Shown here one piece after another: positions 49,629 to 59,038 of a DNA stretch of 64,000 nt (its first letter is position 1; every line of letters starts with the position of its first letter). Position numbers and translations under genes: made by a program. Under the pieces are notes generated by a model. That model worked only from the letters and a program-made list of their open reading frames with translations, did not search any database and was not told the DNA's origin. Source of the DNA: a bacterium (lineage in GTDB: Bacteria > Patescibacteriota > Minisyncoccia > UBA6257 > Colwellbacteraceae); assembly GCA_021787205.1 (NCBI GenBank), contig JAJYME010000007.1, positions 10,334 through 74,333 of the forward strand. Direction: 5' to 3'.

Positions 49629-50921
49629 TTGAGCTGGCATATGAACAAAAGGTTTAGGGAAATAATAGAAAAGATGGAAAATACCGATGATAATTTCTTC
49701 GTCACCGGCCGCGCCGGCACCGGAAAATCCACCCTCCTCAAGTTCTTCAGAGAAAAGACGACAAAGAATGTCGCCGTCTTGGCACCGACAGGGATAGCTG
49801 CCCTGAATGCCGGCGGACAGACGATCCACTCCTTCTTCAGATTCCGCCCCGGAATCACCGAAGACCAGATAAAGAAGGTTTACGGCCAGCAGGCTCTTTT
49901 ATATAAAAATCTCCAGACAATCATCATTGACGAGATCTCCATGGTGAGAGCCGATATGCTTGATTTGATGGACGTGTTTCTCAGGATAAACGGACCTCGC
50001 CCCGGAAGGCTTTTTGGCGGAGTGCAGATGGTATTTTTCGGCGACCTCTTCCAGTTGCCCCCGGTCATCACCGAGAGCGAAAAAGAGTTCTTCAACCAGA
50101 AATACGACGGCATCTATTTCTTCAACTCGCAATCATGGAAGGAATCGATCTTTCTTCTGGAGGAATTGACGGATGTCTTCAGACAAAGCGACCAGAAGTT
50201 CATTTCCATCCTCGACGCCATCAGGATGAATAGCATCTCCGAGGAATCGCTGCGATACATCAATAACCAAGTGGGTGTGGAAAACGATTCAAAGATATCC
50301 CTCGTCACCACCAATGCCAAGGCGGAAAAAATCAACTTGTCGGAACTGGAGAAAATCGACGAAAAGCTGAGAATCTGCGAGGGCAGACTCACTGGGGATT
50401 TTATGGAGAAGAACTTGCCGACAGAAGAAAATTTGCAACTTAAAATCGGGGCCCAGGTAATGCTCTTGAACAATGACGCGAAGAAAAGATGGGTCAACGG
50501 AGACCTGGCCGTCGTCACCGACTTCGGCGACGAGCATATCGAGATTACGACTGAAGAAGGCATAAGACATAAGGTCACGCCTTTTACCTGGGATTCTTAC
50601 CGCTTTTCTCTCGATGAAACCTCGGGAAAGATAAAAACGGAATCAACGGGATCATTCACCCAATTCCCGATGAAGCTCGCCTGGGCAGTCACGATCCATA
50701 AAGGACAGGGGAAGACTTTTGAAAAAGCTTCCGTCGACTTGGGATTCCAAACTTTTGCCCCCGGGCAGGCGTATGTCGCCTTAAGCCGGGTAAAATCACT
50801 TGAGGGACTCTCCCTTAAGAGAGCCTTAAGGAGAAATGACATTTTTACCGATCCGGAAATAATCAAATTCATGAATGAATTCAAGATAAGATCGGCTCGC
50901 GACACTTCCTTTGATTTCTAA
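49629..50921 (+). CDS. Pif1/RecD-like SF1B DNA helicase (430 aa).
   Basis: Walker A GRAGTGKST, DEISM, QLPPV and the C-terminal TIHKGQG ... ALSRV motifs. Confidence 0.75.
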   Translation: MSWHMNKRFREIIEKMENTDDNFFVTGRAGTGKSTLLKFFREKTTKNVAVLAPTGIAALNAGGQTIHSFFRFRPGITEDQIKKVYGQQALLYKNLQTIIIDEISMVRADMLDLMDVFLRINGPRPGRLFGGVQMVFFGDLFQLPPVITESEKEFFNQKYDGIYFFNSQSWKESIFLLEELTDVFRQSDQKFISILDAIRMNSISEESLRYINNQVGVENDSKISLVTTNAKAEKINLSELEKIDEKLRICEGRLTGDFMEKNLPTEENLQLKIGAQVMLLNNDAKKRWVNGDLAVVTDFGDEHIEITTEEGIRHKVTPFTWDSYRFSLDETSGKIKTESTGSFTQFPMKLAWAVTIHKGQGKTFEKASVDLGFQTFAPGQAYVALSRVKSLEGLSLKRALRRNDIFTDPEIIKFMNEFKIRSARDTSFDF

Positions 50922-50960
50922 AAACAAAAAGCGCCTCATTGAGGCGCTTTTAGGTACGTA

Positions 50961-51356
50961 TTATTCGGTAACGACCCCGTCATAGTGATCTTCGGCATCA
51001 CTCATGGCTGCAGCCTTAGTCTCGTGGACGGTCTTATCCTTGTGCTCGGGAGGGCAATAAAGAGTATAAAGCTTCATCGCCTCAGAACCGGTGTTCACAA
51101 TGTTATGCTTGACTCCAGCCGGAACCAGCACGGCGAATCCATCGCTTATTTCATACTCGACGTCGTTTAAGACAGCTTTGCCAACACCTTTTTCAATCCT
51201 TAAGAATTGATCAAGGGTGTGGATCTCTTCCCCTATCTCCTCGCCCGCAACCAGTGACATGATCACCAATTGTGAATTCTGGGCGGTGTAGAGAACTTTG
51301 CGGAAGAAGCCGTTGTCCTGCGTTTCCTTTTCTATGTTTGTTACGAAACCTTTCAT
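50961..51356 (-). CDS. Cupin-domain protein (131 aa from the ATG at 51356).
   Basis: G-x5-H-x-H/E ... G ... H beta-barrel motif pattern (HTLDQFLRIEKG ... VPAGVKHNIVN). Confidence 0.55.
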   Translation of the reverse strand: MKGFVTNIEKETQDNGFFRKVLYTAQNSQLVIMSLVAGEEIGEEIHTLDQFLRIEKGVGKAVLNDVEYEISDGFAVLVPAGVKHNIVNTGSEAMKLYTLYCPPEHKDKTVHETKAAAMSDAEDHYDGVVTE

Positions 51357-51500
51357 ATAAAAATTATAACATATTATCAAATCTGAAACTTGATAAAAAG
51401 CGAATTTTATTGTATTCTTTAGAACAACTATTGCCGGTGTTTTGTCGAGAAACACGAGCGTGAAAGCGCCTAAATAACCGGCTTAATTTTTTTGCATACA

Positions 51501-52973
51501 ATGGCAGGAGGAGACGTAGTTTTAAGATTTAATGACGTATCTTTCGGATACGGATATACAAAACCAATTCTAAACGAAGCCAGCTTCTCAGTAAGAAGAG
51601 GCTCAAAAATAACCATCATGGGGCAAAACGGCGCCGGGAAGAGCACCATCTTCGCGATGATTACCAAGGCTTTGCAACCCGACGAAGGCACTATAACCAT
51701 CAATGAGCGGATGTCGATCGCCATCGGAAGACAGGTAATCCCCCGAGACGAGCTAGACCTGACCGTCCTCCAGTTCTTTGAGAGGGCCTTTTCCCAAAAG
51801 GTTTACGACATTGAGCCTAGAATCAAAAAGATTCTTGAGGTTGTCAACCTTGAAACAAGCCTTGATAAGAAGGTCGGACAACATTCCGGCGGACAACAAG
51901 CCAGATTATTGCTCGCCTTCGCCTTGATCCAGAATCCGGACATCCTTCTTTTGGACGAGCCGACGAACAACCTGGATAAGGACGGCATCAGACATTTAAG
52001 AGACTTTTTGGCGGATTACAAAAAAACCGTCATTGTCATTTCTCACGATGCGGAATTCCTTAACTCCTTTACCGACGGCGTCTTATATCTTGATGTTTTC
52101 ACAAAAAAAGTGGAACAATACGCCGGCAACTACTACAACGTGGTCAAGGAAATCGAGGCTAGAATAGAAAGGGAAAGAATGCAAAACGTCCGTCTCGAAA
52201 GGGATATCGCGAACAGAAAGGAGCAGATGAACTTCTTCTCCCAAAAAGGAGGACATTTAAGAGATGTCGCCTCCAAGATGAGGGAAAAGATTGACGAGCT
52301 CGAAGAGGAGAAAGTTGATGTCAGGCAGGAAGACAAGACAATCAGGCAATTTGCAATCCTCTGCCAGGAGGATATTTCCGGAGAGCTTGTTTCCTTCTCC
52401 TCAGTTTCCGCCATCAAGGGCCACAAGAAGGTAAAGCTGCCCATCGATCTGATCTTAAAGAAGAAATCAAAGCTCTTGCTCAGGGGCCCGAACGGAGTCG
52501 GAAAGACGACCCTTCTGGAATCTATGGTCAAGAGAGAGGCTGAAGGCGTAATGATCAATCCTGATGTCAGAATCGGTTATTACAGACAAGATTTTTCCAC
52601 CCTTGATCCGGAGGCAACCGTCTATGACGCTATCGCCGAAACGATGCACCAAGGCGGAGAGCAAGAGTTAAGATCTTGCGCCGCCGGATTCCTCCTGAAT
52701 GCGGACATCCTTTCGATGAAAGTAAAACAACTTTCCGAAGGACAAAAAGGATTAGTTTCTTTTGCAAAGTTAGTTTTGCAACATCCCGGACTGCTCATAT
52801 TGGACGAGCCGACGAACCATATCAATTTCCGCCATCTGCCGATAATCGCCAAGGCTCTCGACAGATACGACGGAGCGATGATTCTCGTCTCCCATATGCC
52901 GGAGTTCGTCAATCAAATCAAAATCACGGATACGATTGACCTTGAAGAACTCCTGGAAAAGAAAGGAAAATAA
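51501..52973 (+). CDS. ABC-F family ATPase (tandem ABC domains, no transmembrane domain).
   Basis: Two Walker A sites (GQNGAGKST, GPNGVGKTT), two signature motifs (LSGGQQ, LSEGQK) and an inter-domain linker. Confidence 0.8.
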   Translation: MAGGDVVLRFNDVSFGYGYTKPILNEASFSVRRGSKITIMGQNGAGKSTIFAMITKALQPDEGTITINERMSIAIGRQVIPRDELDLTVLQFFERAFSQKVYDIEPRIKKILEVVNLETSLDKKVGQHSGGQQARLLLAFALIQNPDILLLDEPTNNLDKDGIRHLRDFLADYKKTVIVISHDAEFLNSFTDGVLYLDVFTKKVEQYAGNYYNVVKEIEARIERERMQNVRLERDIANRKEQMNFFSQKGGHLRDVASKMREKIDELEEEKVDVRQEDKTIRQFAILCQEDISGELVSFSSVSAIKGHKKVKLPIDLILKKKSKLLLRGPNGVGKTTLLESMVKREAEGVMINPDVRIGYYRQDFSTLDPEATVYDAIAETMHQGGEQELRSCAAGFLLNADILSMKVKQLSEGQKGLVSFAKLVLQHPGLLILDEPTNHINFRHLPIIAKALDRYDGAMILVSHMPEFVNQIKITDTIDLEELLEKKGK

Positions 52974-53008
52974 AAAAACGGCTTAGTGCCGTTTTTTTAT
53001 TTTTTTAA
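52974..53008 (+). terminator. Intrinsic terminator after the ABC-F gene.
   Basis: aaaaaacggc ttagt gccgtttttt followed by tatttttttt. Confidence 0.7.
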
Positions 53009-53009
53009 A

Positions 53010-53300
53010 AGCAGACAAAAAAAGTCTGCGTCCCTCAAATAAACGCAGACCTTCCGGCATCTTTTATCGGAACATTTCGCAAGAACACCCAAACCTTTTT
53101 ATAAAGAGGTTGGCTCCTCCATTGGGTAGGGTATGACCCCTTCTTATTTGAGAAGAGAACCTGCGAACCTGTTTGACTTTTGGAAGGCAAAACACCGAGC
53201 CTAACCCTCCCGGTAAGCCAAACGTAAACGATCCAGTTTAATTCCAAACCGAAGCGCCTACTGTCCACAACCGGCAAGAAGCTTTCGCCTCTTTGAGGAT
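53010..53300 (-). ncRNA. Candidate structured non-coding RNA of about 290 nt (family not recognised).
   Basis: Bounded by TG-TATAAT (minus strand, 53308-53313) and a gcagac-T7-gtctgc terminator (53011-53029). No convincing ORF: the only one is an 80 aa TTG-start ORF with 6 Trp. GC is visibly higher than the AT-rich flanks. The 5' (CCTCAAA) and 3' (TTTGAGG) ends are complementary. Confidence 0.4.
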
Positions 53301-53302
53301 TA

Positions 53303-53335
53303 ATTTTATTATATACAAAAAAGTGTTAAGAAAAG
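53303..53335 (-). promoter_or_regulatory. Promoter-like element (TTAACA ... TG-n-TATAAT) driving the candidate ncRNA; the TTAACA part lies in repeat copy B.
   Basis: TATAAT at 53308-53313 on the minus strand, preceded by TTGTA. TTAACA repeats lie upstream inside the 114 bp module. Confidence 0.4.
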
Positions 53336-53432
53336 GTAAAAAAATTGTTAAGGAATTGTTAAGAGATATCAAAAAAACCGCATAAAATGCGGTTTTTATT
53401 TACTGCTTTTGGGAATAAAAAGTTATCCACAG
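53319..53432. repeat. Copy B of the ~114 bp intergenic module (see 33725..33838).
   Basis: Near-identical to copy A by direct comparison. Confidence 0.85.
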
Positions 53433-53447
53433 CGCAATGTTATTTTA
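53424..53447. repeat. 24 bp direct repeat, left copy (ttatccacagcgcaatgttatttt).
   Basis: Matches 53896..53919 with one mismatch; the two copies flank the cytidylyltransferase gene. Confidence 0.8.
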
Positions 53448-53457
53448 TGCGGCATAT

Positions 53458-53889
53458 CTAGAGCATCTCCTTTTCCTTTTCATCAATGCGACCGCGCAGA
53501 GAAGTGGAACTAAAGCCGTGATCACGAGAAGTAAAGATGCACTGGTTTGGAAGATCGTAGCCAGTGAACTCTTTTCCCTGCCAATCAGCACCTAGAAAGC
53601 GAACATACTCGGGGTGCTGTCGGAGATAGTCGTAAAGCTGTTTTTCAGTTTCATACTCTACGATCTCATCGACATATCTGCACGCCTCGAGCCTGATCAA
53701 ACGCTCCTCTATACTTTCGACGGGCCTGCTTTTATGAGGACGATCGATGGATGGATCAGACTGAAGACCAACAACAACGTAGTCGCACATTTCAGCGACT
53801 TGCTTCAGCATCAAGAGATGACCTGCATGAAGCAGATCGAATGCTCCGCATGTAAAACCTATAGGATGTCTTTTGCTTATGTTTGTCAT
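53458..53889 (-). CDS. Cytidylyltransferase-like nucleotidyltransferase (TagD-like / glycerol-3-phosphate cytidylyltransferase family), 143 aa.
   Basis: GFTCGAFDLLHAGH (HxGH nucleotidyltransferase motif) and a short Rossmann-like fold. Confidence 0.7.
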   Translation of the reverse strand: MTNISKRHPIGFTCGAFDLLHAGHLLMLKQVAEMCDYVVVGLQSDPSIDRPHKSRPVESIEERLIRLEACRYVDEIVEYETEKQLYDYLRQHPEYVRFLGADWQGKEFTGYDLPNQCIFTSRDHGFSSTSLRGRIDEKEKEML

Positions 53890-53895
53890 AAGAAA

Positions 53896-53919
53896 TTATC
53901 CGCAGCGCAATGTTATTTT
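53896..53919. repeat. 24 bp direct repeat, right copy (ttatccgcagcgcaatgttatttt). It overlaps the PPIase stop codon.
   Basis: See the left copy. Confidence 0.8.
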
Positions 53920-54671
53920 TCCGAGACGATAACTTGGCTCATCTTGATCGGAGTCAGCGGTCTGTCGCCATTCCTCTGGTCCCTGGGTTGCTGAGAAATC
54001 TTATCGGCGATATCCTGGCCAGAAACGACCTTGCCGAAAATAGTGTAATTATTAGGCAAAGGATAATCCGCCACCATAATGAAGAACTGGGAACCGTTGG
54101 TATTCGGGCCAGCGTTAGCCATAGCGACGACACCCTTCTTATAGCCGGCTTTGTAGGAGTCGGTAGCAGGATTCAACTCGTCTTCAAACTTATATCCCGG
54201 GCCGCCCATTCCCGTTCCGGTCGGATCACCTCCTTGAATCATAAATCCAGGAATGACGCGATGAAAAATGACGCCATCATAGAATCCCTTGCCGGCCAAG
54301 GTAATGAAGTTTTGGACCGTCTTCGGCGCATCGGCGTCGTAGGTCTGGAAGGTAATATCTCCCAGGTCAGTTTTGATTGTTATTAAATGTTGTCCGTTCA
54401 TGATTGTTTTGTTCGTATTTGTCTTGTCGTTATTCGTTTTGGTTGCCGTTTGATCTTTCTGATTGCCGAGAGCGGGCACATCCTTATCATTTTGGCTTTC
54501 CGGCTGCCCATTAGTCGCTCCCCTACCTTCTTCAGAGTTATCGACAGCAGCGATGTTGCTAATGCTATCCTTGCCATCATTTTTGGCGGTGGCGCCAATG
54601 ATGACATAAGCCGCGCCAATAATCGCAAAAATAACAATAACGCTAAGTATCATTCTTTTCGTAGTGTCCAT
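53913..54671 (-). CDS. Cyclophilin-type peptidyl-prolyl cis-trans isomerase with an N-terminal TM anchor and a low-complexity linker.
   Basis: FHRVIPGFMIQGGDP ... GSQFFI cyclophilin signature. Confidence 0.85.
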   Translation of the reverse strand: MDTTKRMILSVIVIFAIIGAAYVIIGATAKNDGKDSISNIAAVDNSEEGRGATNGQPESQNDKDVPALGNQKDQTATKTNNDKTNTNKTIMNGQHLITIKTDLGDITFQTYDADAPKTVQNFITLAGKGFYDGVIFHRVIPGFMIQGGDPTGTGMGGPGYKFEDELNPATDSYKAGYKKGVVAMANAGPNTNGSQFFIMVADYPLPNNYTIFGKVVSGQDIADKISQQPRDQRNGDRPLTPIKMSQVIVSEK

Positions 54672-54695
54672 ATTTTTAATTATAGCAAAGACGAC

Positions 54696-55583
54696 TTACT
54701 TGATAAACTCTTGAGTCAAGTCGAATGCTTTCTCAAGTTCATCCGGCTTTAGCCAGATCACATCTTTATCTTTCTTGAACCAGGTCATCTGCCTCTTGGC
54801 ATAGGCCCTGATGGCGCTTAGAAGCTTAGTCCTCATCTCCTTGTAATCAAGATCGCCCTTGAGATAGAGGGAGAGATAGCGATATTCAAGACCAAGATCA
54901 TAAAGCCTGTCGTAGCCAACCCCGCTGCCAATCAGAGACTTCACCTCCTCAACCAAGCCGTTCTCCAACCTTTTATCCAACCTTGTCTCTATCCTCCTAT
55001 CCAGATCTTCCTTGCTCCACAAAATACCAAGTTTCAAGGCATTGAAGCGAGGTGAACGATCATACTCCGGCACCGGAGTTCCGGTGCTTAAGACTATTTC
55101 CAAAGCCCTTATCAGACGCATGGGATTATTGACATCAATCGTCTTGTAACGCTCGATATCAAGCTCCTTCAATTTTTCTGCCATTTCAGCAGTCGTCATC
55201 TTAGCCAATTCCGCCCGGATTTTCTCATCGGGCGGGACTTTGGCGAATGAGTCCTTGTAAAGAACGGCATTGATATAAAATCCGGTGCCGCCGCAGAGGA
55301 TCGGCAGCCTGCCGCGCGATTCGATATAATCAACCGCTTCCAGGGCCAGTCTCTCATAATCAGAGATGGTAAAGACAGATGAGACATCGGCCACATCCAA
55401 AAGATAATGCGGAATCCCCTTCATCTCTTCACCGGTGATCTTACCGGTGCCGATGTCGAGTCCGGTATAAACCTGGCGCGAATCGGCGGAGATGACCTCC
55501 CCGTTGAATTTTAAAGCAAGCTCGACTGCCAGGTCTGATTTTCCCGAGGCGGTCGGACCTACCACTGCGATTATTTTCTTCAT
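54696..55583 (-). CDS. miaA: tRNA dimethylallyltransferase.
   Basis: IIAVVGPTASGKS P-loop, DSRQVY ... and a typical MiaA length. Confidence 0.9.
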   Translation of the reverse strand: MKKIIAVVGPTASGKSDLAVELALKFNGEVISADSRQVYTGLDIGTGKITGEEMKGIPHYLLDVADVSSVFTISDYERLALEAVDYIESRGRLPILCGGTGFYINAVLYKDSFAKVPPDEKIRAELAKMTTAEMAEKLKELDIERYKTIDVNNPMRLIRALEIVLSTGTPVPEYDRSPRFNALKLGILWSKEDLDRRIETRLDKRLENGLVEEVKSLIGSGVGYDRLYDLGLEYRYLSLYLKGDLDYKEMRTKLLSAIRAYAKRQMTWFKKDKDVIWLKPDELEKAFDLTQEFIK

Positions 55584-56203
55584 ATTCCTCCTTGCGTCAG
55601 ATACCAGTCGTGGTTGTTCTCGTAATGTTTCTTCTTGTATTCGATGACGTAATAATTTCCTCTCTTGATCTCTATCCTGTCAAAGATGGAATAAAAGAGA
55701 TCAAGCTCCTCCCCCTTTCTGCCTAAGACGACCGAGGAGACGATAAACTTTATTATAGAATTATGGGTGACCCATAAGACATTGGTATTGGTGCCGTGGC
55801 ATTTTATCATCAAATCCAAGGCGCTATTGATCCTGCATTTGATTTCGTTGAACGATTCCCCTTCTTCCATCTTCCAGTCCGGGTCAAGCCTCTCTTGCTT
55901 GATGATGTCCCAAGGAAGGTTCCTCCTGCTCTCAATATTGAACCACTCCGGATCCTGTTTTTCCCGGATGAGCGGATTCTCATTCATCAAAACCTTCCCG
56001 TAGCCGCCAAAGCGGGAAACGATGATATCGGCGGTCTGCTTCGCCCTCAAATGAGGGCTGTAATAGACTACGCTGATATCGGCGCTTTTCAACATCCGAC
56101 TCAGTTTCTCCGATTGACTTACGCCTTCGTCCGTCAACGGAGGATCGGATTCTTCTGCCGATCTTTTTCGGCACTCGCCATGTCGCAGAAGATACAATTT
56201 CAT
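55580..56203 (-). CDS. Histidine phosphatase superfamily protein (phosphoglycerate-mutase-like).
   Basis: LLRHGE motif at the N-terminus. Confidence 0.7.
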   Translation of the reverse strand: MKLYLLRHGECRKRSAEESDPPLTDEGVSQSEKLSRMLKSADISVVYYSPHLRAKQTADIIVSRFGGYGKVLMNENPLIREKQDPEWFNIESRRNLPWDIIKQERLDPDWKMEEGESFNEIKCRINSALDLMIKCHGTNTNVLWVTHNSIIKFIVSSVVLGRKGEELDLFYSIFDRIEIKRGNYYVIEYKKKHYENNHDWYLTQGGI

Positions 56204-56279
56204 GAATTTATATAATCATTTTTAGGATTTTAAGTCAATTTTAGACGCCAAAATCCCGGGCTAGCCGGGATTTTCGTTA

Positions 56280-57467
56280 TTAAGCCATATCAGGGGCCGG
56301 ATTATAGGTTCTCCCCTTGAATCTGAGCGCCAAAAAGGCGGCGATGAGGATAAATCCAGCAGACATATAAAAAGGATAGTTGTTATTGATGATGAAGAGG
56401 TAGCCGGCAGCGGAGGCGGCAATCGCCGAGGCGATCGACATGACCGAGCCCTGGACTCCGACAAGCTCTCCCCTCTCTTGAGGTCCGACATCGGCAAACA
56501 TCCTGTCCGACAATAAAGCTCTTAATGTCCCTTCAGCGATTACTTGGACAAAAAGGCCGACGATAGCGACGAGCCAATGGAGGGTGAGAAAGAGATAAGC
56601 AAAGGAAAGGAAAAAGATGAAGGCCTTCTCGACAAATCTCTCCCTTCTCTCATGTATCCAGATCTTCATCCCGATCATCTGGTTTGCGATCATCAAAACA
56701 CTCGTCGAAATCATAATGATGCTGATGCCAGTCGCGTCGAACCCATATTTGTTTTTCAAATAGAGACTGCCGATCGCCTGGATCCCTCCGAGGGCCATCA
56801 TAAATAAGAACCAGACAAGCATGACCGGTTGGACTTTCTTATCCTTCAGCACCCTTAAGGTCGGAGCCAGAGGATTGACATCAAGTCTTCTTGATCGATC
56901 CATATGCTTGTGGCTTTCGGGAAGAAAATAAGCGGTAATCAGGAGGCTTAGAAAAGACAAAGCCGCCACCACATAAAAAGGCAGAGAAAGAGAGATCCTG
57001 GAAAGGACGCCGCCCAGAGCCGGGCCGATGATGAAGCCGATTCCAAAAGTCGCCCCAAACATCCCAAAATATTTCACCCTCTCCTTCCTGTCGGTAGCGA
57101 TATCTCCGATGACATTCTGCATAATGGTAAAATTGCCAGCAGCGAGACCGTCAATCGCCCTTCCTAAGAACAAAAACATCGGGGATTTAGCCAGGGCAAA
57201 AACAACCCAACCGACGAAAGAGGACAAGATGCTTAAGAGCAAAATCGGTTTGCGGCCGTACTTCTCAGACATAGAGCCGAGATAAGGGGCGGAGAGGAAC
57301 GAGCAAAACGCAAAGAGGGAAAAGAGGCTGGTGATAACAATGGGGTTCAGCCCCATCGATTCGACATAAAAGGGCATGACCGGAATGACAATGCTAAAAC
57401 CCAAAACATTTATCAAATTCGCGAACAAAATAACACCAATCTTTGACTTGTTATTTTTCAAAGGCAT
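56280..57467 (-). CDS. MFS transporter.
   Basis: 12-TM pattern with the MFS motif GRAIDGLAAG and G-x-x-x-D-R-x-G-R-K-like loops. Confidence 0.75.
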   Translation of the reverse strand: MPLKNNKSKIGVILFANLINVLGFSIVIPVMPFYVESMGLNPIVITSLFSLFAFCSFLSAPYLGSMSEKYGRKPILLLSILSSFVGWVVFALAKSPMFLFLGRAIDGLAAGNFTIMQNVIGDIATDRKERVKYFGMFGATFGIGFIIGPALGGVLSRISLSLPFYVVAALSFLSLLITAYFLPESHKHMDRSRRLDVNPLAPTLRVLKDKKVQPVMLVWFLFMMALGGIQAIGSLYLKNKYGFDATGISIIMISTSVLMIANQMIGMKIWIHERRERFVEKAFIFFLSFAYLFLTLHWLVAIVGLFVQVIAEGTLRALLSDRMFADVGPQERGELVGVQGSVMSIASAIAASAAGYLFIINNNYPFYMSAGFILIAAFLALRFKGRTYNPAPDMA

Positions 57468-57553
57468 TTTTGCATAATAATCGAATATAAATCCATAGTC
57501 AAAGAAAACAAAAACGGCGCCGACTCCTATCGGGTCGATGCCGTTTTTATGTA

Positions 57554-59038
57554 CTACTTATTTAATTCCTCTTCGAGGATCTTTCTGATCGCATCGGGAT
57601 TTCCTTGTCCCTTCAGTTCCTTCATGGCAAGGCCGAATAAGAACTGGGAGGCGTTGGTTTTCCCGGACTTGTAATCAGAGACCGCTTTGGGATTATTAGC
57701 AACGATGCCTTGGATGACGGGCAAGAGGGACCCCGCGTCCGACACCTGTTTCATTCCCCTCTTTTCCATGATAGCGCGCGGATCCATGTCAGTCGTGACA
57801 AGATCTTCCATGATATCCTTGGCCATACGGCTCGTGAGCTCTCCCCCGATGATCATGATAGCCAAATCCGCCATATTCTCGGGCGTGGCCTTGTTGTCCG
57901 CCAAAGACATACCCTTATTGTTCAGGACGGCTTTGAGGTCGGTAAGGACATAGTTGGCGGCAGTCGTAATCGCTCGTTTGAATTCCTTAGCATCGATATC
58001 CTCCTCTATCTCGGAGATGATCTCCTCAAAGTATTCGGCAAATTGCTTGTCTTCGACAAGGAGAGCGGCTTGCTCAAAGGAAATCCCGTATTCGGACTCG
58101 AATCTCCTTCTCTTCGATTCCGGAAGTTCGGGAATGGAAGCGCGCAGCGCCGCCAGATTGATAATCTCGTCAGTGGTCAGATCGACAGGTGGAAGATCGG
58201 GCTCGGGCAAATATCGGTAGTCCTGGGCTCCCTCCTTGCTTCTCTGGGAGAAAGTGACATTGTTTATGGCATCCCAGCCTCTGGTCTCCTGGATGATCCT
58301 CTCCCCGCTCAAGATGACTTCCTCTTGGCGCTTGATTTCATAATCGATGGCGTCGTGAAGCGATTTGAAAGAGTTAAGGTTCTTGACCTCGACTTTGGTG
58401 CCGAGCTTTTCCTGGCCTTCCGGTCTGATGGAAATATTGGCTTCAAGCCTCATCTCCCCTTTCTCCATATCGGCATTGCTGATTCCTAAGTATCTCAGGA
58501 TCATCTGAAGCTCCTTAGCAAACCTGACCGCATGGTCGCCGTCTTTGACATCAGGATCGGTGACAAGCTCCATCAAGGGAACGCCGCCGCGATTGAAATC
58601 GACAAAGGTCTTGCCATTGTCCCCGTGGACTAATTTGCCGGCGTCTTCTTCCAAGTGGACGCGAGTAATATGAACGCCCAAGAGTTCCCCGTGTTCGACG
58701 AAGGGATGTTCGTATTGGGAAATCTGATAACCTTTCGGAAGGTCGGGATAGAAGTAGCTCTTTCGGTCAAAAATGGCTTTCTCAGCGATCTTTCCACCCA
58801 AAGCCAACCCAAACCTGATGACGGACTTGATAGCCTCAAGATTGGCGACGGGCATAGCTCCCGGGTGGCCCAGACAGATCGGACAAGTATTCCTGTTCGC
58901 TTGAGTTTCGCCGCTGTCATTAGGACAGTCACAAAACATCTTCGATTTTGTTTTCGGCTCAATATGGATTTCCAAGCCTATCGTAGGAATATAACGCATA
59001 ATAGTGCCATTATAGGATATTTTTGATATAATTTCCAT
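57554..59038 (-). CDS. gatB: Asp/Glu-tRNA(Asn/Gln) amidotransferase subunit B.
   Basis: IGLEIHIE ... CPICLGHPG ... N-terminal GatB signature and a C-terminal YqeY-like domain. Confidence 0.9.
   Translation of the reverse strand: MEIISKISYNGTIMRYIPTIGLEIHIEPKTKSKMFCDCPNDSGETQANRNTCPICLGHPGAMPVANLEAIKSVIRFGLALGGKIAEKAIFDRKSYFYPDLPKGYQISQYEHPFVEHGELLGVHITRVHLEEDAGKLVHGDNGKTFVDFNRGGVPLMELVTDPDVKDGDHAVRFAKELQMILRYLGISNADMEKGEMRLEANISIRPEGQEKLGTKVEVKNLNSFKSLHDAIDYEIKRQEEVILSGERIIQETRGWDAINNVTFSQRSKEGAQDYRYLPEPDLPPVDLTTDEIINLAALRASIPELPESKRRRFESEYGISFEQAALLVEDKQFAEYFEEIISEIEEDIDAKEFKRAITTAANYVLTDLKAVLNNKGMSLADNKATPENMADLAIMIIGGELTSRMAKDIMEDLVTTDMDPRAIMEKRGMKQVSDAGSLLPVIQGIVANNPKAVSDYKSGKTNASQFLFGLAMKELKGQGNPDAIRKILEEELNK

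Noticed and set aside
53035-53277. 80 aa minus-strand ORF (TTG start) inside the candidate ncRNA
   Set aside because: Non-ATG start, 6 Trp in 80 residues, no similarity to any small basic protein I know. The region has promoter-to-terminator RNA-like organisation instead. Kept as the alternative hypothesis.
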